Below, in pieces: positions 8,654-17,358 of a stretch of DNA of 45,579 nt. Positions within the stretch are counted from its first letter, which is position 1; each line of letters begins with the position of its first letter. A program made the translations under genes and the position numbers. The notes under the pieces are model-generated. The model saw only the letters and a program-made list of their open reading frames with translations, was not told where the DNA came from and did not search any database. This stretch comes from Candidatus Methylomirabilia bacterium (GTDB taxonomy: Bacteria; Methylomirabilota; Methylomirabilia; Rokubacteriales; CSP1-6), in contig JBGQEL010000025.1 of NCBI GenBank assembly GCA_041496385.1, forward strand, positions 1 through 45,579. Direction: 5' to 3'.

Positions 8654-9589
8654 CTACCGGAACGCCGGGGCGATCTCCGTGATGAGCCGGTCCAGGTCGC
8701 GGCGCAGCTCGGGCAAGGGCCGGAACATGCTCGGGATGAACAGCGTGCCCGCGCCGGCCGCCCGGAGCTGCTGGAGCCGCTCCCGGATCTGGTCCATCGT
8801 GCCGGCCAGGCAGGTGTCGCGCGCGTCGGCGGCGTGGCGCCCCATGCGCGTCTCGATGGTCTTGGCGAGCTGCTCGACCTCGTCCTTCTTGTCGGTGATC
8901 AGCAGCACCATGTTGACCGAGCGCGTGATGGTCTTGGGATCGCGGCCCACGGCGGCGCAGTGCTCGTCGAGGATCTTGCCCTTGCGCGCCAGCACCAGCG
9001 GCCCGCCCCAGACGTTCCAGTGGTCGGCGTGCTTGGCCACGATGCGCAGCGTCACGCGCTCGCCACCGCCGCCGATCATCAGCTCGGGGTGCGGCGTCTG
9101 CACGGGCTTGGGATCGAGCGGGGCGTCGGAGAGCTGGTAGTAGCGCCCCTTGAAGTCGCTGCGCTTCTGCGTCCACAGCGAGCGGATCACCTCGCACGCC
9201 TCATCGAGCCGCGCGAGCCGCTCCTTCATCGTGTAGAACGGGATGCCGTACGCCTCGTGCTCGTTCTCCTGCCAGCCGGCGCCCATGCCCAGCAGGAGGC
9301 GGCCGCCCGAGATGATGTCGACCTGCGCGGCCATCTTGGCGACGACGGCCGGGTGCCGGTAGGTGTTGCCGAGGACGATGGTGCCCACGCGCAGGCGCGG
9401 CACCAGCGCGGCCAGCGCGCTGAGCGTGCTCCAGGACTCGAGCATCGCGCCCTCGCGCTCCTTCGTGTTCGGCATGAAGTGGTCGGTGACGCACGCGACG
9501 TCCCACCCCGTGGCCTCGATGTGACGCCAGAGGTCGAGCACGCCGGACCAGGTCTGCATACCCATGCTCGTGAACAGGCCGAAACGCAT
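8654..9589 (-). CDS. LLM-class (luciferase-like, likely F420-dependent) oxidoreductase
   Basis: [42 protein letters not shown]. Confidence 0.9.
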   Translation of the reverse strand: MRFGLFTSMGMQTWSGVLDLWRHIEATGWDVACVTDHFMPNTKEREGAMLESWSTLSALAALVPRLRVGTIVLGNTYRHPAVVAKMAAQVDIISGGRLLLGMGAGWQENEHEAYGIPFYTMKERLARLDEACEVIRSLWTQKRSDFKGRYYQLSDAPLDPKPVQTPHPELMIGGGGERVTLRIVAKHADHWNVWGGPLVLARKGKILDEHCAAVGRDPKTITRSVNMVLLITDKKDEVEQLAKTIETRMGRHAADARDTCLAGTMDQIRERLQQLRAAGAGTLFIPSMFRPLPELRRDLDRLITEIAPAFR

Positions 9590-9601
9590 GTCAGGCGCTC
9601 C

Positions 9602-10762
9602 TCATCCCGCGAACGTCCAGCGCGGGTCGGCGGCGGCAATCTCGACCTCGGGCAGCTTCAGCTCGCGACGGACGATGTTGGCGCCGAGGTTGATCGCCAC
9701 GCACTTGTAGAAGGCGATGCGGCGGGAGAGTCCCTCGCGGCCGAAGCCGCAGTCGGTCGACAGCACGAGGCGCTCCGGGGGCACGTACTCGAGCGCCCGG
9801 CGGATGAGCGCCGCCACGAACTCGGGCGGCTCGACGGCGGCGGTCGAGTGGTTCACGACGCCGATGGCGATCTTCTTGTCGGTCCGGTGCTTCGCGAGGA
9901 GCGGCAGGTCCCGGCCGTTCGTCGACGCGCATTCGAGCGTGAGCACGTCCGCGTTGGTCTGCAGCAGATAGGGCAGCGAACGCTCGTAGGACGGCCGCTC
10001 CCAGTGCAGCGGCTGCTGGTTGGGGTTGCCCCAGCAGGTGTGGAGCCAGATCTCCGTGTCGACACCGCGGATCTCCCGGTTGACGACCTCGGTGAAGAAC
10101 TCCAGGTCCTTGTCGGTGGCGGTGCCGTTGGCGCCGGCGATGTGGTGCTGCGGCTCCTCCACCTGGATGACGCGGCAGCCGGCGGCGGCGACCTCCTTCA
10201 GCTCGGCGTTGAAGACGTCCGCGAGCGCCAGGATCAGGTCGCGGTCGGAGGCGTAGTGACGGTTGACCAGCATCTTGGCGAGCGACTGCGCCGTGATCGC
10301 GCCGAACTTCACCGGCCGCGGGCTGATCCGCTGGGCCATCTTGAAGAGCGCCGCGTACTGCAGCGCGCCGCCCCCGATCGCCTCGCCCACCACCGCGGGC
10401 TGATACGCCTCCATCACCTCGCGCAGGATGTGGCCCGGCGACAACCCCCGCCAGCCGCCCGCCGCGGACCGGTCCACGTGGCCGGTGATCCCGCGCAGCC
10501 GCTCGATGACATAGAAGAACCACGACTTGCCGCCCACCGTGAGATCGAAGCGCGAGTCGCCGTCGGTCACGATGTCGAGCCCCGCCATCTCCTGCTCGCG
10601 CACGAGGCACGCCACCGCGTCGAGGTACTGCTCGCGGAAGCGCGAGTCGCCGAGCGCGTCCTTGAACTCGCGGCCGCGCAGCTCCTCGGTGAACCAGTGC
10701 GGCCGGGGGTAGGAGCCCGTGATGCTCGTGGGCAGGACGAGGTCGCGGGTGGCGTCGAGCAC
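9602..10762 (-). CDS. Cobalamin-independent methionine synthase II family (MetE C-terminal domain only)
   Basis: TGSYPRP, GLDIVTDGD, Zn ligands HTCWGN and STDCGFG. Confidence 0.88.
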   Translation of the reverse strand: MLDATRDLVLPTSITGSYPRPHWFTEELRGREFKDALGDSRFREQYLDAVACLVREQEMAGLDIVTDGDSRFDLTVGGKSWFFYVIERLRGITGHVDRSAAGGWRGLSPGHILREVMEAYQPAVVGEAIGGGALQYAALFKMAQRISPRPVKFGAITAQSLAKMLVNRHYASDRDLILALADVFNAELKEVAAAGCRVIQVEEPQHHIAGANGTATDKDLEFFTEVVNREIRGVDTEIWLHTCWGNPNQQPLHWERPSYERSLPYLLQTNADVLTLECASTNGRDLPLLAKHRTDKKIAIGVVNHSTAAVEPPEFVAALIRRALEYVPPERLVLSTDCGFGREGLSRRIAFYKCVAINLGANIVRRELKLPEVEIAAADPRWTFAG

Positions 10763-10769
10763 GGGGAAG

Positions 10770-10799
10770 ACTCTGCGGGTCCGGCCGGGTCCGTGTCAA
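10770..10799 (-). promoter_or_regulatory. Sigma70-like promoter; probably gives a leaderless metE-II transcript
   Basis: TTGACA-N18-CAGAGT, then 7 nt to GTG 10762; no SD. Confidence 0.5.
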
Positions 10800-10812
10800 G
10801 CAGCGGCGCCGT

Positions 10813-10841
10813 TTGACAAACCCATGCCCTGCTTCTACTCT
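10813..10841 (+). promoter_or_regulatory. Sigma70-like promoter of ABC operon 1
   Basis: TTGACA-N17-TACTCT. Confidence 0.6.
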
Positions 10842-10881
10842 GCGCCCACGATTCGAGGTTCACCCTCATCGCGGAGGGAAC

Positions 10882-12093
10882 ATGATGAGCTCCATGCGCA
10901 GATTCGGGTGCCGTGGCGTCCTGGTCGGGCTCGTTCTCCTCGCCTTCACCGCGACGGCGGCCGCAGCGCCCGCGGGCCCGCCGGTCCGCATCGGCGGCAC
11001 GCTGGCGCTGACCGGCCCGCTCGCGCCGACGGCGCTGCTGCACAAGATCGCCGGCGAGGTTTACGTCGAGGAGCTGAACAAGGGCAACGGTCTGCTCGGC
11101 CGGCCCGTCGAGTGGGTGCTCCTCGACGACCAGTCCAAGCCCGACGTCACCCGCAGCCTCTACGAGAAGCTCATCACCGTCGACAAGGTCGACCTGCTCA
11201 TGGGCCCGTACGCCACGGGCGGCATCCTGGCCGCGATGGGTGTGGCCCAGCGTTATCAGAAAGTCTTCGTGCACCACTCGTTCGGCATGCCGCACCTGGC
11301 GAAGTACGAGATGCACTTCCCCACCGCGGCCTTCGGCCCCGAGCCGAACGTGACGCTGCCCACCACCGTCTTCAACGCGCTCGCCGCGACCACCAAGCCG
11401 CCCCGGTCGATCGCGATCGTCACCAGCAAGTTCCCGTCGGCGCAGTTCCAGTCCAACGGCGCCCGGGAGGTGGCGGAGAAGCGTGGTCTCAAGGTCCTGC
11501 TGTACCTCGAGTACGAGTTCGGCACGCGGGACTTCGGTGCCATCGCCGCGCGGATCAAGGACGCGAACCCCGACTTCCTCTGGATCGGCGCGCTCGGGCT
11601 CGACGGCAACCAGCTGCTCGAGGCGATGAAGAAGCTCGACTACCTGCCGCCGCGCCACTTCCACCTCTTCCCCGCGCCGGGTCCCCTGGCGCTGGCGCCC
11701 GACGGCAAGCTCGCGCTCTCCTCGACCGTCTTCGAAGAGCACCCGCCGTTCTTGAACAACACCGGCGCCGCGCGGCTGATCCCGCTGTTCCGGGAGCGCG
11801 CCACCAAGGCCAACGTCCCCTACCCCTATGTGGACACGCAGGCGGCGGGCTCGTTCGCCGCCTGGCAGCTCCTCGAGGCGGCGGTGACGGCGACGAAGAG
11901 CCTGGACGACAAGGCGCTGGGCGCGTGGCTGCGCGCCAACCGCGTGGACACGATCATCGGCAAGCTGCGCTTCGACGGACCCAACAACTACGGTGACGAC
12001 CTCTTCAAGGTGAAGCAGGTCCAGGACGGCAAGTGGGTCGTGGTGTGGCCCAGGGAGTTCGCCGCGCCGGGCACGCGCCTGCTGCCGCCCTGA
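10882..12093 (+). CDS. HAAT/LivK-type ABC substrate-binding protein
   Basis: GGAGG RBS, signal peptide, VRIGGTLALTG, GLLGRPVE..LDDQS, KVDLLMGPY. Confidence 0.9.
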   Translation: MMSSMRRFGCRGVLVGLVLLAFTATAAAAPAGPPVRIGGTLALTGPLAPTALLHKIAGEVYVEELNKGNGLLGRPVEWVLLDDQSKPDVTRSLYEKLITVDKVDLLMGPYATGGILAAMGVAQRYQKVFVHHSFGMPHLAKYEMHFPTAAFGPEPNVTLPTTVFNALAATTKPPRSIAIVTSKFPSAQFQSNGAREVAEKRGLKVLLYLEYEFGTRDFGAIAARIKDANPDFLWIGALGLDGNQLLEAMKKLDYLPPRHFHLFPAPGPLALAPDGKLALSSTVFEEHPPFLNNTGAARLIPLFRERATKANVPYPYVDTQAAGSFAAWQLLEAAVTATKSLDDKALGAWLRANRVDTIIGKLRFDGPNNYGDDLFKVKQVQDGKWVVVWPREFAAPGTRLLPP

Positions 12094-12097
12094 TCGC

Positions 12098-12949
12098 ATG
12101 CCGAGCCTGACGCTCCTCGGGCAGGCGGTCGTCTCGGGCCTGCTGGCGGGCGGCGTCTACGGACTCCTCGCGCTCGGGCTGAGTCTCTCCTGGGGGCTGC
12201 TGCGCATCGTGAACCTCGCGCACTTCGCCCTCGCCCTGCTGGGCGCCTATCTCACCTACCAGCTCGGCACCGCGTTTCACCTGCCGCCCTGGCTCGCGGC
12301 GGCCGCCGTCGTGCCCGCGTTCTTCGTGCTCGGGATCGCGTTCCACGCGGTCTTCGCGTACTTCCGCGTCACCGAATTCACCTCGCTGCTCGTCACCTTC
12401 GGCGTCGCCGTCATCCTCGAGTCGCTGATCCAGTGGTTCTGGACCGCCGACTACCGCCGATACGAAACGCCGTACACGACCGCCTCCCTGCGCGTGGGGC
12501 CGCTGTTCGTGCCGACGCTCGAGATGCTCGCCTGCCTCACGGCCGCCGCGCTGGCGATCGCGACCTGGGCGTGGCTACGCTTCACCTACGTGGGCAAGGC
12601 GCTGCGCGCGAGCGCGGAGGACCCGGCGATCGCCGCCGCGTTCGGGGTGAATCACCGCGCGCAGGCCTTTCTCCTCTCGGGCGTGAGCGCCGCGTACGCC
12701 GGCGTCGCCGGCGCGTTCATCGCGCTGATCTCGACGCTCGCGCCGGCCCAGATCTGGGCGTGGGTGGGCGTCGTCTTCGCGGTGGTGATCATCGGCGGCC
12801 TCGCCAACCCGATCGGCGCGCTCCTGGCCGGCCTGCTCATCGGCGTGAGCGAGTCGGTCACCATGGCCGTCGTGACGCCGGCGTGGGCGCCGCTGGTCTC
12901 CTTCTCGCTGCTCATCGTCATCCTGATCGTCCGGCCGGGCCGGGTGTGA
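12098..12949 (+). CDS. livH: Branched-chain amino acid ABC permease (LivH-like)
   Basis: GLLAGGVYGLLALGLSL..VNLAH, GKALRA, VIIGGL. Confidence 0.88.
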   Translation: MPSLTLLGQAVVSGLLAGGVYGLLALGLSLSWGLLRIVNLAHFALALLGAYLTYQLGTAFHLPPWLAAAAVVPAFFVLGIAFHAVFAYFRVTEFTSLLVTFGVAVILESLIQWFWTADYRRYETPYTTASLRVGPLFVPTLEMLACLTAAALAIATWAWLRFTYVGKALRASAEDPAIAAAFGVNHRAQAFLLSGVSAAYAGVAGAFIALISTLAPAQIWAWVGVVFAVVIIGGLANPIGALLAGLLIGVSESVTMAVVTPAWAPLVSFSLLIVILIVRPGRV

Positions 12950-14694
12950 GCGCCGCCGGCCGGCGCGTCGCCGCGGGGCTCGCGGTCGCCGGGCTCGCGC
13001 TCGGCGCGCTGGCGGTGGTGGGACTGCCCGCCTTCTACGAGTCGTTCCTCTACATCATCTTCTCCTGGATCGCGCTCGCCACGAGCTGGAGCCTCCTGAG
13101 CGGCTACGCGGGCTACTTCAGCTTCGGCCACGGCGCCTTCTTCGGCGCCGGCATGTACACGACGGCGACGCTCACCACCGCGCTCGGTGTCCCCTTTCTC
13201 TGGACGCTGCCCGCCGCCGGCGCGGTCGCGGCGGCGCTCGGCGCGGGCATCGGCGCGGTCGTGTTCCGGGTGAAGCGACTGCGGGGCGAGCTGTTCGGCC
13301 TGCTGACGCTCGCGATCGGTTTCGTGCTCGCGACGATCGTGCTGAACACGCCCATCGACGGCGGGCCCGGCGTCTACCTGAGCGCGGTCCCCCTCCCCCG
13401 GCTGCTGGCGTCCCCGACGGGCACGCTCTACCTGCTCGGCCTGGCGCTGGCCATCGTCACGGTGGCCGCCGCCTATGCCATCGCCCACTCGCGGCTGGGC
13501 CTCGGCCTCTTCGCCATCCACGACGACGAGGACGTGGCCGAGGTCGAGGGCGTGCCGACGCTCGCCTACAAGCTGGCGGCGTTCGCGCTCTCGGCCGGCA
13601 TCGCGGGCGTGGCCGGCGGCATCCACGCGATCTACGTGAGCTACGTCACGGTCGGCGAGACGTTCTCGATCACCGTGCCGCTCTACGTCGTGCTCATGAG
13701 CGTGCTGGGCGGCGCGCGCCACTGGCTGGGCCCGGCCGTCGGCGCCACGATCATCGCCGCCTCTCTCTATGCCTTCACCGGCGGCCAGCAGGCCGTGCTC
13801 GGGCGCGCGGTCGTCGCCTTCGCGCTCATCCTCGTGATCCTGCTGCTGCCCGAGGGCGTGGTGCCCGCGATCCTCCGCCGCGGGCGCGCTCGGCGGCGTC
13901 CGCGCGCCGGCGACGACGCGGGAGCGCCCGCGCTCGTGACGAGCGACTGGCGCCACGACGCGGCGGCGGCGGCGCTCGAGTGTCGTGACGTCTGGAAGGC
14001 GTTTGGCGGCATCCAGGCCCTGCGCGGCGTGAGCCTCACCGTCGCGCCCGGGGAGATCGTCGGCCTTGTGGGACCGAACGGCTCGGGCAAGACGACGCTG
14101 ATCAACGTCATCAGCGGGCACGACGCGGCTGACCGGGGCCGGATCGACCTCGGGACGGCGACGCTGAGCGGACGCGCGGGGCACGAGATCGCCGGGATGG
14201 GCGTCTCGCGCACGTACCAGATCCCCCGGCCCTTCGCCCACTTCACGGCGCTGGAGAACGTGGCCCTGGCCGCGACGTTCGGCGCCGCGCGCGCCACGCC
14301 CGGCGCGGCCCGCGCCGAGGCGCGCGCGTGGCTCGAGTTCACCGGCCTGGGCCGGCGCGCGGCCGCGCTCCCGCACGAGCTGAACCTGCACGAGCGCAAG
14401 TTCCTGGAGCTGGCGCGGGCGCTCGCGGGGCGGCCGCGCGTGATCCTGCTCGACGAGGTCCTGTCGGGGCTGAACCCGGCCGAGATCGCGAGCGCGATCC
14501 GCCTGATCCACGAGATCCGCGGGCGCGGCGTCGCCATTCTCTTCGTCGAGCACGTGATGCGCGCCGTCCTCGAGCTGTCGGATCGGGTCGTGGTGCTCAA
14601 CGAGGGCGAGGTCATCGCCGCCGGCAGCCCGCAGGAGGCGATGCGCGCACCGCGCGTCGTCGAGGTCTATCTCGGCCGAGCCCATGTTGCTTGA
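12946..14694 (+). CDS. Fused LivM permease / LivG ATPase
   Basis: GTG overlapping the upstream stop; GYAGYFSFGHGAFFG permease motif, then GPNGSGKT and LLDE. Confidence 0.88.
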   Translation: MSAAGRRVAAGLAVAGLALGALAVVGLPAFYESFLYIIFSWIALATSWSLLSGYAGYFSFGHGAFFGAGMYTTATLTTALGVPFLWTLPAAGAVAAALGAGIGAVVFRVKRLRGELFGLLTLAIGFVLATIVLNTPIDGGPGVYLSAVPLPRLLASPTGTLYLLGLALAIVTVAAAYAIAHSRLGLGLFAIHDDEDVAEVEGVPTLAYKLAAFALSAGIAGVAGGIHAIYVSYVTVGETFSITVPLYVVLMSVLGGARHWLGPAVGATIIAASLYAFTGGQQAVLGRAVVAFALILVILLLPEGVVPAILRRGRARRRPRAGDDAGAPALVTSDWRHDAAAAALECRDVWKAFGGIQALRGVSLTVAPGEIVGLVGPNGSGKTTLINVISGHDAADRGRIDLGTATLSGRAGHEIAGMGVSRTYQIPRPFAHFTALENVALAATFGAARATPGAARAEARAWLEFTGLGRRAAALPHELNLHERKFLELARALAGRPRVILLDEVLSGLNPAEIASAIRLIHEIRGRGVAILFVEHVMRAVLELSDRVVVLNEGEVIAAGSPQEAMRAPRVVEVYLGRAHVA

Positions 14695-15391
14695 GGCGCG
14701 CCACCTGGCCATCGCGTACGGCGACGCGCCCGCCGTCTGGGACGCGTCGCTGGAGGTGGGCGCGAACGAGGTCGTCTGCGTGATCGGGCCGAACGGCGCG
14801 GGCAAGAGCACGCTCGTGAACACCATCGCCGGCCTGCACCGCGCCCGGTCGGGCGAGCTGCGCTTCGCGGGCGCCGACCTGGCCGCCGTCGCGCCCCATC
14901 TCGTGTGCCGCCAGGGCATCGCCCTCGTGCCCGAGGGGCGCCGGCTGTTCGCGCGGATGTCCGTCGAGGAGAATCTCGACATGGGCTGCTACCGGGGCGA
15001 GGCGCGCCGCGCGCGGCGCGCAACGCTCGAGCGGGTGTACCATCTGTTCCCGATCCTGCGCGAGCGGCGGGCGCAGCTCGCGGGGTCGCTCTCGGGCGGC
15101 CAGCAGCAGATGGTGGCCATCGGCCGCGCGCTGATGGCCCAGCCGCGCCTGCTGCTCCTGGACGAGCCGTCCCTGGGCCTGGCGCCCGCGGTGGTCGATC
15201 AGATGTTCGCGATCGTCCGCGCGATCCACGACGAGGGCGTGGCGATCCTGCTCGTCGAGCAGAACGTGGTCCGCGCGCTGGAGCTCGCCGACCGCGCCTA
15301 CGTGCTCGAGGAGGGGCGCGTGGTCGCCGAGGGCCCGCCGGCCGTCTTGCGGCAGCAATCGCGCATCCGGGAAGCGTATCTTGGCGTGTAA
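14684..15391 (+). CDS. livF: ABC ATPase (LivF-like)
   Basis: GPNGAGKS, VPEGRRLF, LSGGQQQM, LLLDEPSLGLAP, VEQN. Confidence 0.92.
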   Translation: MLLEARHLAIAYGDAPAVWDASLEVGANEVVCVIGPNGAGKSTLVNTIAGLHRARSGELRFAGADLAAVAPHLVCRQGIALVPEGRRLFARMSVEENLDMGCYRGEARRARRATLERVYHLFPILRERRAQLAGSLSGGQQQMVAIGRALMAQPRLLLLDEPSLGLAPAVVDQMFAIVRAIHDEGVAILLVEQNVVRALELADRAYVLEEGRVVAEGPPAVLRQQSRIREAYLGV

Positions 15392-15400
15392 GGAGGAAGC

Positions 15401-16354
15401 ATGACCATGCCCCTGATCAAGGTGAAAGACCTCGCGTACGGGCGGCTGCGGGCGCCCGACCTGGACGTCATGGAGGAGTTCCTCACCCACTTCGGGATGG
15501 CGCGGGCGGCGCGAACGCCCACCGCGCTCTACATGCGCGGGACCGACCCGCGCCACCACCTCCACGTGACGGAGAAGGGCGACTCCGGGTTCGTCGGCTT
15601 CGCGTACTACGCCGCGAGCGAGGACGATCTGCGGCGCGTGGCGAAGGCGCCGGGGGCGTCCGCGGTGGAGACGATCGACGAGCCCGGCGGCGGCAAGCGG
15701 GTCCGGTTGCGGGAGCCGAACGGCTACCAGATCGAGGTCGTGCACGGGATCGAGACGCCCCCGGCGATCCCGGTCGCGCGCGACCTGATGAACACGGGTC
15801 CCGAGCCCCTGCGCCGCGCCGGAACGCTGATGCGGCTGACGAAGTCGCCGGCGCCGATCAAGCGGATCGGGCACGGAGTGATGGGCACGCCGAAGGTCCG
15901 CGAGACCGTGCAGTGGTTCCGGGACACGCTCGGGTTCATCTGCTCGGACGACGTCTACGCGGGCGAGAAGGACAACATCATCGGGTCGTTCAACCGCTGC
16001 GACTGCGGTGACGAGTACGTCGACCACCACACCCTCTTCTGCGTCACGAACGAGCGGGCCGGGCTGAACCACATGTCGTTCGAGGTCCCGGACGTCGACG
16101 CAGTGTTCAAGGACCACGAGTACCTCACCCGGCTCGGCAAGTACGAGCACATGTGGGGCGTCGGACGGCACCTCCTGGGAAGCCAGGTCTACGACTACTG
16201 GTGCGACCCCTGGCGCCGCGTGCACGAGCGGTGGGCGGACACCGACCGCCTGAACGTGAAGAGCGGATCGAACCTGCTCGCGGCGCACGAGGCGTTCGTG
16301 AGCCAGTGGGGAGAGGACCCGCCGGAGAAGTTCCTCCGGCACGTGACGCCGTAG
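15401..16354 (+). CDS. VOC-family extradiol (ring-cleavage) dioxygenase
   Basis: AGGAGG RBS; IGH, DHH, NHMSFE and GRH.LGSQVYDYW.DP..HE supply His/His/Glu metal ligands. Confidence 0.85.
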   Translation: MTMPLIKVKDLAYGRLRAPDLDVMEEFLTHFGMARAARTPTALYMRGTDPRHHLHVTEKGDSGFVGFAYYAASEDDLRRVAKAPGASAVETIDEPGGGKRVRLREPNGYQIEVVHGIETPPAIPVARDLMNTGPEPLRRAGTLMRLTKSPAPIKRIGHGVMGTPKVRETVQWFRDTLGFICSDDVYAGEKDNIIGSFNRCDCGDEYVDHHTLFCVTNERAGLNHMSFEVPDVDAVFKDHEYLTRLGKYEHMWGVGRHLLGSQVYDYWCDPWRRVHERWADTDRLNVKSGSNLLAAHEAFVSQWGEDPPEKFLRHVTP

Positions 16355-16477
16355 CGCACGCGCGCCGGGCGCCCGGGGTGCCCACGCCGCTTGACGGCGC
16401 GGCCGTCGTGGGCGCAGTATCGCCGCGATGCGGGGGCGCCCGATCCCGCGGGTGGCGTGATCTCCAAGGAGAACCCG

Positions 16478-17335
16478 ATGACCTACGACATCGACATCGA
16501 AGACGTCGAGTACGTCCGCCACGGGGACAAGCCGCTGCTCGCGCGCCTCTTCAAGCCGCGCGGCACCGGGCCGTTCCCGCTGATCGTCGACCTCCACGGC
16601 GGCGCGTGGTGCCGGGGCGACCGCCTGAGCGACGTCGCCATCAACGAGCCGCTCGCGAAGAGCGGCGTGGTCGTCGCGGCGCTCGACTTCCGCATGCCGC
16701 CCGAGGCCGGCTACCCCGCGTCGATGGCCGACATCAACTACGCGATCCGCTGGCTGAAGACGCGCGCCGCGGACCTGGGCAGCCGCCCCAACATGCTCGG
16801 CGCGCTCGGGATCTCGAGCGGCGGGCACCAGGCCATGCTCAACGCGATGCGGCCGCACGATCCGCGCTACGAGGCGATCCCGCTCCCGGCCGGCGCGCCG
16901 GCCGTCGACGCCAGCGTCCGCTGCGTGATCCTCTGCTGGCCCGTCATCGACCCGCTGGCGCGCTACCGCTACGTCAAGAAGCTGAAGGCGGGCGGCGCGC
17001 CGTACCCGGAAATCGTGGACCGCGTGCTGCCCTGCCACGACGAGTACTGGCGGACCGAGGAGGCCATGGCCGAGGGCAACCCGGTCCTGGCGCTCGAGCG
17101 TGGCGAGCGGGTTCTCCTGCCCCCGGCGCTCTACCTGCAGGGCACCAAGGACGTCGCGCATCCCCGCCCCGATCTCGACCGCTTCGTGGCGCGGTACCGG
17201 GCGGCGGGCGGCGCGGTCGAGCTGGAGCTCTACGAGGGCGAGGCCGAGGGATTCGTCAACCGGAATCCGACCTCGCCGGGCGCCCGGCAGGCGATCGAGA
17301 AGATCGTGGAGTTCGTGCACAAGCAGATCTGGTAG
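16478..17335 (+). CDS. Alpha/beta hydrolase (HSL / BD-FAE-like)
   Basis: AAGGAG RBS; HGGAW oxyanion motif, GISSGG nucleophile elbow, QGTKD. Confidence 0.85.
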   Translation: MTYDIDIEDVEYVRHGDKPLLARLFKPRGTGPFPLIVDLHGGAWCRGDRLSDVAINEPLAKSGVVVAALDFRMPPEAGYPASMADINYAIRWLKTRAADLGSRPNMLGALGISSGGHQAMLNAMRPHDPRYEAIPLPAGAPAVDASVRCVILCWPVIDPLARYRYVKKLKAGGAPYPEIVDRVLPCHDEYWRTEEAMAEGNPVLALERGERVLLPPALYLQGTKDVAHPRPDLDRFVARYRAAGGAVELELYEGEAEGFVNRNPTSPGARQAIEKIVEFVHKQIW

Positions 17336-17358
17336 GAGGGCCGCCCGCGGCCCGCGAG

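Noticed and set aside
8537..10816. Long alternative-frame ORFs (e.g. 8537-10816, 12652-14982, 14612-17509, 17230-20403, 26294-28714, 39653-42235)
   Set aside because: Shadow ORFs typical of high-GC DNA; they lie antisense or off-frame to well-supported genes and show no motifs
16153..17358. N-terminal extensions in the ORF track (cyclase from 16153, hydrolase from 21423, permease from 12433, SBP from 37623)
   Set aside because: Arg/Pro-rich off-frame read-through of neighbouring genes; the real starts have an RBS or a stop-codon overlap downstream
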